Assembly: GCF_006345805.1 (NCBI RefSeq)
Contig: NC_043021.1
Coordinates: 1,054,001 to 1,118,000 of the forward strand
Direction of reading: 5' to 3'
Source: Octopus sinensis
Taxonomy: Eukaryota
Length of the DNA stretch: 64,000 nt
Part shown: piece after piece, positions 11,701-26,400 of the stretch
Position numbering within the stretch: the stretch's first letter is position 1
Layout: every line of letters begins with the position of its first letter
The notes under the pieces: generated by a model
The model's input: only the letters and a program-made list of their open reading frames with translations
Database searches by the model: none
Told to the model about the DNA's origin: nothing
Program-made: the position numbers and the translations under genes

Positions 11701-12577
11701 TACAATTTTGCATTTGAAGTGACAGATGTGTAGAGACTTAATAGAACCATAGCACAATACTGGTTTCGGCAGCAGTCATGGCTGATAGGGTTAACGTACC
11801 CCTTGGTTTATCACAACCCTCATGCCTTTGGAAACTACGAATGTTACAAATGTTATATGATCTCTCATGGCCATTCTATATTATCAAAGCTTGATTATAT
11901 GAAAGGGAACTAAAATGGCATTTAAGTGTTTCTGTTTCTAATGTTTTCTTAGTGTATATTGCTCCAGTACTTCCCCCACACTCAAAGCCTGTCTTCCTTG
12001 TTAGCCTTTCTGTGATTCCACCATACCTCATGTGTGTTCATTGCTTACACCAGGCACAGTATTTAGGCTTTATATTTACTCCTTTTCTGTGTTTTGAGTA
12101 AGGCCATCTCCCTGGTGAAACTTCAGTCCTGTCTTCATTCCTACCTACTAATAACTTAGTCGTTACTAAGTTTACCTTGCATCCTATAGATTCTAGGTTT
12201 TTGCCTGGAATTTCTTCCCTAATTCCATTAGAGACTCAGCTATAAGAATTATATCATCATTATACTGGAGTTTCGATGGACAGCTGGTCTTGAACACTTC
12301 TATAATAACCTATGAGATTATGATGAATAGAAGAGGGCTGAGGACTGCACCTTGCTGGTCTCCTATCGTTACATTAAATTCATCACTGACCTCATTGTTG
12401 GCTCTTATTTACAGAATCTTTGTATGATATACAAACACATACACACACACACACACACACGCATGGGCACACACATTAATTACTCAGTTGATTTTATTAT
12501 CAGCAACATTGTGGAAACTCCAGATTAACTGACCATTCTGCTATGGTCTTGAGTAACATTCCTTTTGATATAATCAA

Positions 12578-12663
<86 letters not shown>

Positions 12664-14354
12664 TGCTTCTTTTTTCTTCTCTCTCTTCATACACTACATA
12701 TGCATGTACCCTCGCATGCACATACACCCCTGTATCACTTGCCATTAAAGCCACAATTATTTCTCACTCTTCTTGTTAGTCAGAGGTAGAGCATGGCAAC
12801 CTAACTCACATCTGTTTTTTATTTTCTGGATCACTTTTCTTTTTGCCTTCTCTTCTCTTCCCAGTCTTTCTTGGACTTTCCTTTTGTATCTGATGAAAGA
12901 CTTTGTCCGAAATATTATAACTTTTGCTCTATAACTTTTTTTCCTTCCTTGAGTGTCTTCTTTAATGTTAATAGGAATGTTTCCTGTACTTTTGTTGTTT
13001 GTATTTGCTTTGGTCTATCTGTGTGTGTGTGCATATGTAATATAATTCTCTCGACTTTTCTATATGTAGGCAGGTGTGAAATCTGCTCTTTGTGTGGCCA
13101 TTGGACATTCAGACTTTGAGAAGATAATATCTTTAAATAAAAGGTGAGTTAAAAACTTGCATGATTCATATAAAATACTGGGTGTTTCTCCAGTGTTGTT
13201 TAGGTTCAACCCTAATTCCCGCTGATTGGGGGAAACTTTGATCAAATGTTTTTCAGCCATTCTCATTCTATCATTTTGTATATCAGGAATTAAGTTATCC
13301 GACGTGTCTTTCATTTCTTAAGAAAGTTGAAGGAGATTTGGCTGCTATTTTTAGTAAGTCTAGCAACCACTTGTAATAACTCTTATTTACTTATGGTCAT
13401 CACTGAATCTTAGTGACGGGGAAGATTGAGCATAAAGTTGGGAGTCCCAAAAGTGAATATCAAAAGCACAAGCAATTTCGTAGACTGTGGATACTGTTCC
13501 GAAATATCTGGACAAAGAGGACACAGTCCATCATGCTGGAACAAGGCAAGAAAAAATTTTGGATCTTTTCGGTTTGAACGGCAGTTTTTAACATAATTTC
13601 TAGGTAACTAAAAGATTTTAAACTTTGTATACTGGTAGAGTGTGTTTATAAAACATCTTTTTCTCTTGGCTTTATTGAGAAAATTCTATAGTTTGTAAGA
13701 TATATGTTGTTTTGTTTCTTCAATTTCTGCGATTTCAACCAATCAATGACGTGTATTGAGGTAAAAAACATTCTGTGCCGTATGAATATGTCCCTCATTT
13801 AAGAAACAGATTGGGTTTATTTACATTTGTGAAGAAAAAAAGATATCCTTCCCCCCACCCCTAACCCTAACTAACCCTAACCCTAAAACAGATTGAAATG
13901 CAATAGATTGATACTATGGTCATAATTATGGGTGACAATTTCATATGACACCGCTAGAAAAAACTGCAGTTCAAACCGAAAAGATCAAAAATTTTTCATA
14001 CCAAAGGAAGAAAATTCATCAAGAACACACACACGTGTGTGAAGGTGCATGGCTCAGTGATTAGGGTATTCAGCTCATGTTAGTAAGGTTGTAAGCTTGA
14101 TTCCTGGAAGTGTGTTGTGTTCTTGAGCAAGACTCTTCAATTCATACTGCTCCAGTCCTCTGAGCTGGAAAAAATTAGTTGTACTTGTAATTCAAAGGGG
14201 CCAGCCTTGTCACATTCTGTGTCATGCTGAGTCTCACTGAGAACTACATTAAGGGTACATGTGACTGTGGAGTACTCAGCCACTTGTAAGTAAACTTCAT
14301 GAGCAAGCTATTCCAGTGATCAAATCAACTGAAACACTCATCTCGAATAATAGC

Positions 14355-14397
<43 letters not shown>

Positions 14398-14421
14398 TCA
14401 TCATCATTTAACTTCCATTGT

Positions 14422-14465
<44 letters not shown>

Positions 14466-17400
14466 ACACACACATATATATGGCTATATTACATTGAAAA
14501 CACCAGTTCTCATCTGATCACCGAAGTTAAGAAATGTTGAGCCTAATTAGTTCTTAGACAGGTGCTTGGGGAACCTCCATGCTGTAAACCTCTTTTTACT
14601 TGATTGGCATAGACATGGCTGTGTGGTTAAGAAACTTGCTTCCCAACTGTGTAACCTTGGGTTCAGTCCCACTGATGTTATCTCTGGATTCTGGATGGAT
14701 ATTGCATCAGTTTGCCTTTCAACATTGCATTTACATTACACATGATACGTGGATGGCCATCTTAATTTAATCCTGCTTCTGTTGCCTACAACAGGTTTTT
14801 AACCAGCTGGACAGCTATTAATGTTTTATCCACTGTTTTATGTATATCTGAAGCAACAAATTTCATCAACACTTGTGGTTGATTGTAAGCTCAAACTCTA
14901 CTAATCAGGCCCAACTAGACTGAAATGCATCTGGTGTTCTTGCTAGTTGATACTGAGATGATTTTCATCTTCCTCTGCATCTTATGAACACAGCACACCC
15001 ATAAAAGATGTTATCTCTGAATGAATACCACATAAATTGTCTTTCAATGATGTATATACATCAAGTATAGTACATGGATGGCTACAGCAGAAGTGTTAAG
15101 GTCATTCCCCCCTCCCCAGTGATGGGTGTAAAGGGAATGATAGAAAGAGTCATGCCTCAAATATGTAAAAGCCTCTTGTTTTAACTAGTTTAGGGAAAAT
15201 AATGAAAAAAGAAAAAAATCACCAAAACATTTTACTACTTTGGTCTCTTTTCAGATTTCCAGATTTCGTTGTTCCTTGTCTTGGAGTACATCCAGTTCAG
15301 GTAGGAATATTTAAATAATTTCACTTCACATCTAAAATGTTGGTTATTTTTATTTTAATGGTTTAGTTATAAAAATGCATCATGACAACAGCCATGACAC
15401 ATTTTAGGGCCTTTGTTACTGGTGAAAGGGATCGAGGGAGGACATTATACTTACAGCAGAGTGAACTCTACTAAAGGAACTCAAAGGCCATGGTTGGATT
15501 AAACCATGATAATGGATCAAGTCCACTACTCAACAACAGGAATGGTCCCTATATCAAGCTTCCACACAGTTTCCATCTATCAAATTTCATCATAAAGTAT
15601 CGGCCAACCTAAGGCTACATAGTAGAGTTATCTCAGGTATTTTATGGATAACTTAAGGTTTGAAACTGAAACCACATGGTCCCAAAACCAAATTCTCTAC
15701 CACACAACCACGTCTGTGCCTAAAGTTAACCAAAATGAAATTCCAAAACTAACATCTTTTCAAAACCTGCCAGAATCTCTCAAAGATTTTATTTCTTTTA
15801 TCTTTTGTCTTTTACTTGTTTCAATCATTAGACTGTGGCCATGCTGGAGCACTGCCTTGAAGAATTTTTAATCGTATGAAATTGACTCTGGTACTTATTT
15901 TTAATATAAGACTAGTACTTTATTGTACCGGTCCTTTTCACCTAACCGCTAAGTTACAGGGATGTAAACACTCAAACACCAGTTGTCAACACACACACAC
16001 ATACAATGGGCTTCTTTCAATTTCCATCTACCAAATCCTGTCACATGACTTTGGTCAGCCAGAAGCTATATTTGAAGACACTTGCCCAAGGTGCCACGCA
16101 ATGGGACCGACACCAGAACCATTTGCTTGGGAAGTAGACTTCTTACCACACATGTGTCTCTTCCAATATTTCGAGGCTGATTTGAATGGATAAAAACTTT
16201 TTCCTGGCTACTTTTCCTGGTAACTCTGCTAGAAAACCTTCAACAAATTCCTCCAGAATTAGATAAACTGAGGCAGTGGAAATTAAATGTCCTTGATAAA
16301 TTGAAATGTTTTAAATAGGATATCAACACACAGGTCTGTACGTAGTTTAGTGTCTTATTTATTTCTTGTGTTATAACCAACAATGATATCTAACCAAGAT
16401 GTCATGGAGAAACCTTTTATTATTTTCAGGAGGAAGAAGATGGAACCAGTAAATGTGTGACGAATGAGGTAGGATATTTCTCTTGTCTTTTTATATTCTT
16501 TGATTTGGTTTTAATTATATTTCCAGTGACTGGTGCTTTGGTTGTTTTGTGTTACATTACAAAATGGGAAGAACCAACTCACATATTCCACACACACAGA
16601 ATATATGTCCAGAATTTTTAGAGAAAAATTGTCTGTAATCCTTCTTGAGATAATAATATTGTCTTAAAATTTTGACACAAGGCCAGCAATTTCAGGGGAG
16701 TGAGTGAAGCGATTACATCGGCCCCAGAGCTCAGCTGGTATTTATTTTATTGACCTTGAAAAGATGAAAAGGGAAGTCAAGCCTGGTGGCATTTTAACCA
16801 CTCAGAATGTAAAGTCAGAAGAAATGCCTCAAAGCATTTTGCTTGGTAATGATTCTGAGATGATAATATTAAGAACATAAATATATTCAGAATATTTATG
16901 GTCTTTGTTAGATATAACGTTATTGTAGATTATTATTTTTACATTTTGATTAATGTTTACTGTGACTAAGAGCAGAACGGGGGAAATTCCCAATTCTGTG
17001 AGCAGGGAAACGGTAGTGCTGCTGAGGAAGGAGATAAAGAAAGCAGACGTTATCAATAATTTCCAGCTCATGACTGCTCAGTACAAATTTTGACAATTAG
17101 GTTGGCACTTGTCATCTGTAAGTGTGATCAAGAAAGTGCACAAATGCACAGTCTTGGGCAGATCTATCCATAACCCCTGCACCTTGCATGATGCATTATT
17201 GAGAGAGTGGGTTACAAACCTGGTTTTTGTGAGGCTCTGATTAATTTGAATCAGTTGAGGGTTTTGGATAAGGTTGACTATCATTATTTGGTGGCTGTCC
17301 CCAAAGTAGCTGGTTTTGATCCTGTATTAAGAGACTGAAGTACTTCAAAGTATGCTCAGAGCTCATACTAAATGGCCTCCTAACAGAACTATTTCAAATC

Positions 17401-20400
17401 ACTGAGTCTGTCAACAGGATCCTCTTTTGTCCCTTCTGTGTGAATTAATTCTTTAGCTACTGCTGCAGAAATTGATGGTTTTGAGGGACCTTCTGTCTAA
17501 ACTGTGACATCTGCATTGTTTCCTGGAAAGTGAACAAGTCTGGTCATGCATTGTTTGACGTGCTGTTCCAGTTCAATTCTGTTATAGATTTGCAGTCCTG
17601 GGTCAAGCAGGGACCAGAACTTTGCTTTTAGAATGTTTTTGGGTACTCACAGCTCTTTACCAGTCAGGCAATGTGGGCTCTTGAACTTCCATATTAGGAT
17701 TCTACAAAGGCCTAGTGGGGTGGAAGAGGAGAAAATCCTCAGAGAAACACTTCATGTTGCTGACAGCCAGCTTGGCTGTTCTGTTTTAGAAGACTATGTG
17801 TAATTTCCAGAAATTCCTGGCCTAGCAGTGTTAATGGTGAGGTATTGCTAGTTCAAAGCAAGCTTTGTAGACAAGGAAAAGCTGTCGGCCTGGCCTGTCT
17901 GTTCAATGTCCAAATATGTGGACAGGGATTTTGCCGTGTATCAGATGCAACAGCCTCCTGGCTGAGTCCCTCACGTAAGAAGAGCACCCAGTTTTTCTCT
18001 GCCTGGTGCTGTAATGAAAGAGATTGTGTGATGGGTTAAGACACTTTCGCCTTTGGCCATGACCTTTACAAGTTCCATCTGGAAAAGGAGGTGAGAGTGA
18101 AGAGGGTGGGTCTGCTCTCCAGGGAAATTATGTAAAGGTGATGCTGAGAGTGATGAGTATAGGTCTCCTCTCATCATGCACTTGTAGGGAAATGACCTCA
18201 AACTCCATGGTAATCATAAATCTTCAGGCTCTCTGAACCCTAGCTAATAGCCCCCCTTTAGAGGCAATGTTATACATTGTCTTTAGATTCGTTTTCTATT
18301 TCTCTCATTCCTTCCATGTCAGTTTAAATTCCAAACATGTCCGTGTTATGCTTCTTCATTTTTTGCCCTTGAGCCCAATAAAACAAATCCTCGTTATTAT
18401 TATAATTGAAGGCTGTGAGCTGGCAAAATTGTTAGCCTGCCGGACAAAATGTTTGGTAGCATTTCTTTATGATCTGAGTTCAATTCCTACCAAGGTCAAA
18501 TTTTATCCTTTCAGAGTTGATAAAATAAATACTTGTTAAGTGCTGGGGTTGATGTAATCAACTTACTTCCCTCCTTCGAAATTGCTGGCCTTGTGCTAAA
18601 ATTTGAAATCATCACTACCATCATCATCATCATCATCTTATTTTTATTATTGAAGGTGCAAGCTGGCAGAATTGCTGGACAAAATGCTTAGTGGCATTTT
18701 GTCTGTCTTTATTCTCTGAGTTCAAACTCCACCAAGATGGACTTTGCCTTTCATCCTTTGGGGGTTAATAAAATAAGTACCAGTTACGTTCTAGGGTCAA
18801 TGAAATCTACTAGCCCCTGCCATTCCTGACCAAATTTCAAGCCTTATACCTATGGTAGGAGGGTTAGGGTTTCTTATTGTATTTTGTATCCCTTTAGGCC
18901 CTTGTGGCTAAGAAAGAAAAGAGTGTTGCTGTTAGTTGCAGTCATCGTCATAGTCACAGTGGTGGTGGCAGCAGCAGTTGTATAGTGGTAGCTTTATTTT
19001 CATCATCATCATCCTCATCACCTACAATTCTACTGTTGTATCTATTACAGGACTTGAAAGATGCCATTCCACTTATTGAAAAATATCACGACAAGATTGC
19101 TGCCATTGGAGAGGTGAGGATTTGAACCTAGGTTTATATATTGTGCATAGGTATAACAACCCCTACAGAAACATTTGTATTTATATTTATATTGGTGACT
19201 GCCATACCATACTTGTATTACCTAAAGTGAAGGTGATGTATGTTAGTGTTGTGCGGACGCCCCCAGATGAGAAGTGGGCTAGTTCACTACGAATAAATAG
19301 TGGACGGATACAGCCAGTAAGTGTCGATCGGCCGGCCAAACCAGGTCGACAGCGAAGGTAAGCCAGTCGAACCTGGTCGAACCTGCAATACAACAGTGGC
19401 GACGAGGATTCATTGCTGATGCAGTAAAAAATGTTTTCAAAGTAGGATTTGAAAGAACACAGAACTACACTCAGGGGGAAATGATTCTGTGTGGAACGAA
19501 AAAATAATACTAACTTAAGTTTGGTGGAAGGATTTATAAGTCAGGTTGCTCTATGTAGTAGCGCTACCAGTCATAATGATAGACTGATACAACCTATGCG
19601 CATTTTGGAAAAAAAAAAAGAAAAATCTCAAAGGGGGAGGTATTGTGTGGACGCCCCCAGACGAGAAGTGGGCTAGTCCACTACAAATAAACAGTGGATG
19701 GATACAGCCAGTGAGTGTCGCTGAACCAGATCGACTGCGAAAGTATGCTGGTCGAACCTGCAATACAACAGTTAGGGACACTTGGGTAGCAATGGCACAA
19801 GTAGCAGTAGCAGCAGCAGCAGTGGAAGTGTGGCTGATGGTAGTGTAACTAACTATATGTTAGTTACATAGCATGGAGATACTGCAAAGCCAATATGAAG
19901 GTCTTCAGACAGAATTGTGTGAGCAGAGTACATTACAAAACTTACAACCTGCAGCTGATACACAGCGTTTAGCTATGAGAGACATCTTACCTGCTACAGA
20001 TGACGACTGTACATGGTCACTGCACCTGCTGCAGATGATGACTGGTCACTGCAGATGGTCACTATTACAAATATGAAATACTACAAAATTTCACTACTAC
20101 AGATGTTCACTGTTGATGTTAACTGGTACAAATATTCACAGTCGTTTACAGTGATAGCCGTTCTCTATTACAGACAGTCAGTACTAGTTTGTCTCTTCAT
20201 TTATTTTAATTTGCAGGTTGGCTTGGATTTTACTCCTCGTTTCTGTAAATCAAAGGAAGATAGAGAGACACAGAGACAAATTCTTGCTTCACAGGTAAAT
20301 ATGCTCTCCTAATGCTATTCTTCCTCTTCTCAGACTCTTGCTATACATGTGTACAGGCATCATCATCATCGTTTAACATCTGTTTTCCATGCTGGCAGGG

Positions 20401-23400
20401 GTTACACATACAAATATATATTTTCTATAATTAATATCCCATATACGTATTTCAGTGTATTATTCTTATTTGTTATCTTTCTCTTTCTAGGTTGAAATTG
20501 CTAAGAAATACAATTTGCCATTGTAAGTAAGATGAAATTAATGATTTCTTTGTAAAACAAAATACAATAACATTCTATACATTGTACCGAATGACACCGT
20601 GTTGTGAAAGTTGTTTGCTTTGTTTGTATAGTTAGAAGAAGACTGCACCTGACTGACTCCAATATATATATATGTATTAGCCTGGGCAAAGTTCAGAAAG
20701 CTCTTACCTCTGCTGGTGACAAAGGGCCTCTTGTTCAGAGTAAAAGGTAGACTGTATGACGCATGTGTACGAACAGCCATGCTGCATGGCAGTGAAACAT
20801 GGGCCATGACTGCTGAGGACATGCATAAGCTTGCAAGGAATGAAGCCAGTATGCCCTGATGAATGTGTAATGTCAGTGTGCATACTCAACAAAGTGTAAG
20901 TACCTTGAGAGAAAAGTTGGACCTAAGAAGCATCAGATGTTGTGTGCAAGAGAGATGACTGCGCTGGTATGGCCATGTGGCGAGAATGGATGTGGATAGC
21001 TGTGTGAAAAAGTGCCACACCCTAGCAGTTGAGGGAACCTGTGGAAGAGGTAGACTCAGGAAGACCTGGGATGAAGTGGTGAAGCACGACCTTCGAACAT
21101 TAGGCCTCACTAAGGAAATGACTAGCGACCGAGACTTTTGGAAATATGCTGTGTTTGAGAAGACCTGGCAAGCCAAGTGAGACCATAACCCATGGCCTAT
21201 GCCAGGGGTGTAACCAGCCCACTTATGCATACCTTTCCTTCATTGGACACTAAACTCTGCTTGCGAAGACCTGTTGAGGCAAGTGAAATCGAAATCAAAT
21301 TCGATGATTGGCATTCGTGCTAGTGGAGTACTAAGAGTATATCCGAGTGCCGGTGGCATGTAAAAAGCACCATTCGAGCATGATCGTTACCTGCGTCGCC
21401 TTACTGGCACATGTGCTGGTGGCATGTGAAAAAACATTCAAGCGAGGTCGTTGCCAGTGCCGCTGGATTGGCTCCTGTGCAGGTGGCACATAAAAAGCAC
21501 CATCTGAGCGTGGCCGTTGCCAGTACTGCGTGACTGGCCCTCGTGCCGGTGGCACGTAAAAGTACCCACTACACTCTTGGAGTGGTTGGCGTTAGGAAGG
21601 GCATCCAGTTGTAGAAACATTGCTAGATCAGATTGGAGCCTGGTGCAGCCATCTGGTTTGCCAGACCTAAGTCAAATCGTCCAACCCATGCTAGCATGGA
21701 AAGCAGACGTTAAACAACAATGATGATGTGTGTGTGTGTTTATATATATATGTAAACACACCCATGCTGGTACTGCCTAAAAGCATCCAGTACACTGTGT
21801 AAAGTGGTTGACATTAGGAAGGGCATCCAGCTGTGGAAACCATGCTGAAACAGACATGGAACCTGGGTAGCTCTTTAGTTGGCCAGTTCCTTGTCAAACT
21901 GGCTAACCCATGCCAGCATGGAAAAACTAACCTTAAATGATGATGATGATGATGATTATATATATACACACATGCAGGCTGATAAACCCTGTGAAGTCTG
22001 AGATCGAACAGGTGAGCAAATGGCTCATCAGGAAGATCAGTAACAGTGTTAGAAACATCTCTGACTTCACCCAGTGGTGCACCACCAACAAAGTCATTAC
22101 ATAGTTTTAAGGCCAACAGTAGTAGGGGGTAGTGCTAGGTCTACCCAAATTGATATGGTGAACTCCTACTCATCTATATCAAGGGAGCTCCTGTTAAAGA
22201 CACTGGGCTTCACTAGGGCCCATACTGAAGTCAGTAACAGAGATATTTGCATTATTATGCACACCACAAGAACCCTACTCTACAGTAGAAAGTCTGCTTG
22301 AGCCAAATGTACTGACCCTGAGGGCTCCTTCAACGTTGTAATGGGTGCTTTTGATAGTATGGACATATGTGACCTAGTTGATCTCTTCATCCTAGATATA
22401 CTAAAAAAGAAATTCCCTTCAACCAGGTTTGGCCTCCACAGGGACAACAGCGATATGCTGTGCTTCAGAAGACCCATCAAGCCAAGTGAGATTATAGTCG
22501 TAGCTGATGCTAGTGCTGTGTACCAGGCATGTAAAAAGCACCCTTCGAATTTTTAGCTTCACAGATGCAGTGACCAAGGCCTTTGGCTATACACTGTGCT
22601 TGAGAAGACCTGTCAAACCAAGTGAGGCCAAAGTCATGGCCAGTGCTGGTCTTTTGTAACTGGCACCCATGTCAGTGGTACATAAAACGCATCCGCTGCA
22701 CTCTTGGAGTGGTTAATGTTAGGAAGGGCATCCAGCTATAGAAACCATGCCAAATCAGATTGGAACCTGGTGCAACTCTCCAACTTACCAGTTTTCGGTC
22801 AAGCCGTCAACCCATGCAGGCCTGTAAAATAGACACTAAATGATGATGATATTGGACATGCACCCATGCATATTAAAACATATTAATTAAACATTTTGAA
22901 AAATTATATGTATGTAATACAGATAACATGAACAAATGACTAATGTGTGTGTGTGTGTGATGTAGAGAACGTCATCAAATGACCAAGGAAGGAGTTACAA
23001 CCGTGTTTCGTGGTCTGCTACCACAACAGCTCCTTTATAGGATCCAGTTAGCTCAAGACATCATCAGGAGGAACCACGTCTGGTTTCAGCCCCTACTCCT
23101 CTACTGTTTTGACGTGGCGGGGCCCCCCCTTTCGGAGGTGTCTTCAGCTCAGGTGTTGGGTGCATGTCTTCTTTCTTCTGTTCCCTGGCCTCTTCGATGT
23201 ATCGTCAGCAAGTGTCAGCCGGTGACTGACCGACTTGTCAAATTTTTCCCTTTAAATGAAAAAAAAAAAATTTGGCAAGGTTCAATGAATTCATATGATT
23301 TATCATCCATTTTATTGCAAACTATTGAAAAATATTTCATTAAATTAATATTTTGATTCCCCAGAAATGTGCATTCTCGGTCAGCTGGTCGACCCACCAT

Positions 23401-26400
23401 CAGCCTTTTGAAGGAACTTGGTAAATATGTCTTCATTTTCCAATATACTTTTGACATCTTCACAAAGGTAGAGGTGTCTTTTCACCTTTGGCTCTGCCTG
23501 GAAAGTTTTAGTGTTGGTGATGGTGGCTTAAACTAAGGATTGACAATTTCGTTTGATGCCTGACTCTTTTGAGTTGACATCTTGGCAGAATTGGTTTTTC
23601 TTTTATTCCTCTTTGGGTCAACAAACCAAGATTGATGTTACTGTGGGGTTAGGCTTGAGCCAACTTCAGTCAGTCTTATCTAAAAATAATAAAAACTAGA
23701 TTTGGAATAGGATCTTCTTTATATGTTGAAGTCACAGGCCATAGTAGGTATGGCCATATAGTTATGGTCATTTTCCATAAATGTAGATCCAGGTTCAATT
23801 CCACTGGGCACTACTTTGGTTACATATTTTCTTTCATAGCCTCAAATTGACTGAAATCTCGTGAAGAGAATTTAGGAGACAGAAAATGTGTAGAAATTTT
23901 TGGGATGGACATCCATGTCCTTGGGTGCCAGATTTAATGTAGTTTATATACTTCAATGGGAAAGTGAATATAGGCTTTGGCTGAGTTGTGAGTGGGCACA
24001 GGTTCAATCTGATAGACACACACATACTCTGGCTGAAGCACATCAAACTAGTAGCATTATGGGTAGTGGAATAATTCGAGTGTGGTTGATGCTAGTGCCG
24101 CCTGACTGGTTCCTGTACTTGCTACCTTTATGATAATAATAATAATCATAATAGTAATAATGATTTCAGATGTTTTGCCACAAGGAAAGCTTGGGGGATG
24201 GCGATTAAGTCGATTACATCAACCCCAGTGCATCACTGGTACTTATTTAATTGAAAGGATGAAAGGTAAAGTCAACCTCGGTGGAATTTGAACTCAGAAT
24301 GTAGTGACAAGCGAAATGCCTAGCATGCTAACAATTCTGCCACCTCACTGCCTTTATAATAATAATAACAATCATAATCTCCTAATATAATAATGAGCAT
24401 AGTGTTTTTATGTATTTGTATATATATTTGTCAAAAATCACACAGAGCCGAGTAGTATAAGTGAAGGGAGGGGAGAGAAACTAGTAATTCAGTGAAGGAG
24501 AAGTAGTGAGAGTAATAGCCTTGACTGAGAGGGAGTGAGAGAAAGGAAGTAGCAAAGAGCACAGTGTGTATCTTCTGTTTTTCTCTGTCACAACATTTGA
24601 ATGAAAAAGGAAGGGGTGAAAAAAAAATCAACATTTCATCTGTGTGTGTGTATGTAAAAGGGAGGTATGTAAATGTTTGTGTGTGTGTGTGCAATGGAAA
24701 TGGGATGGTGAATGTTCAATGCTGAATGAAAAATGAAAAAGCATTTCAACTTTGAGTATGTGTGTGTGTGTGTGTGTGTGTACAAGGGAAGTATGTGAAT
24801 GTATGTGACCATTGGCAAGTGTATTAATTTGATTTACCATTCATATCTTCTACTATAATAATACTCTAGTGTATTTCTCTGTCACAACACATGAATAAGG
24901 AAGGAAAGGGTGATGGCAAACTTGGTAGTGGGATGATGGAAGTTTTATGGTGAAAAAAAATGTCAAACAGCATTTCAACTCTGTGTGAGTATATGTATGT
25001 GTATTTAAGAGGGAGTCGTGTGTGTGTGTGTGTGTGCAATGGAAGTGAGATGGTGAACATTCAAGCAAACAGTGTTTCAGCTCAGGGAGTTCCTGTGTGT
25101 ACCTGCATATGAATGTTTGTGTCTGTGATGATTATGTAACTTATTTTGTACCTTATTTAGATATAAAATACTTCAACCAGCTGTCAATTTTGACGGCACG
25201 AGGTCAGCTAGTAATAATAATAGTAATAATAATGTGATGTGATTGGTAAGTGAGTCGTAAACACTATGGCATTGTTAGGGCACTTCTTAAAGGCTTCATC
25301 TAAGAGATTCAGACTTCACCTGTTGAGAGAGTTGTGTGTGCGTAAATAGAGAGAGAGAGAGAGAATATAAAACATTTTAAAAAGTATTTTTGTTATATTT
25401 TAATTCCAGGAGCTGAAAATGTTCTTCTTCATGCATTTGATGGACGCCCTTCCATTGCAATGGAAGGGGTTAAAGCTGGTTTTTATTTCTCAATTCCACC
25501 GTCGATCGTCAGAAGTGAACAGGTATTGTGAAACCGGGACATGTTTTCCTTTCAGACTTTCTTGCTCTTGCATAGAGATGGAATCTTAGATTTATAAGAA
25601 AGGTGTTACAGGAATCTGTCATCATGATGCTGTTTCCACAGTTTTTGGTGAAACAATTCCACCTGAGAATTGACAACCCAGTCAGAGTTTAGTATGACAT
25701 TTTGGTATTTATGTAACGCTTTTCATTGTTATCTGTCTTTCCTTGAGGTAGAAGTTGGTACTGAATATTGCTGGGGTAACCATTAATGCTTAGCATTGCT
25801 TGGGCTAACATTTGGTACCTGAGATCATCTGGGCTAACAGTTTATACTTGACACTACTTGGGCCAACGGTGCAACTTTCAAATATATCTTGAAGCAGTCT
25901 CATGGACAGGGTCACTTCTCTGTGCACTAAATGGGATACAGGATCACTTCCCTGCTTACTCTTTTGACTCGAGGGACCGTTTTGTACACATCCCTTCCCC
26001 AACCCATTCCCCAGAGACATTTAATGTTTTCCAGCTGTTTACATGTCTCATTGTCACATTAATTATCGGTGATAGTAATGAAGCTGTTAACTGAAATAAA
26101 AGTAAATTTAATCACAATTATTGTGGAGCCATTTAAATCTAAAAAGCATTGAAAAGATGGTGTCGCCTCAGATCAAGCCAAATCGAGAATATCTAGCCAT
26201 GACCATCCCCTCTTTTATTCGGCTGTAGTGTTTCTAACCTTTCTTATCCAGTGCGTTCTTTTTGTAAGAGGTTGGGTGTGATTTGGGAGAGATCTAGCTA
26301 CTATTTCTGGTTGTTTGAATAACAACGAAGAGATTCCGGCTTGGAGTTAAGGGAGGTAACTCTTGTAAGCATGTCTCATTTTGTGATCCGCAGCTTAAGC

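Noticed and set aside
12500-12789. (IY)n and (TH)n ORFs here and at 1251, 30365, 49829 and 62373
   Set aside because: Translations of (TA)n and (CA)n microsatellites.
13858-13885. Telomeric repeat or chromosome-fusion scar
   Set aside because: Only about four units, lying inside a TIR-bounded MITE.
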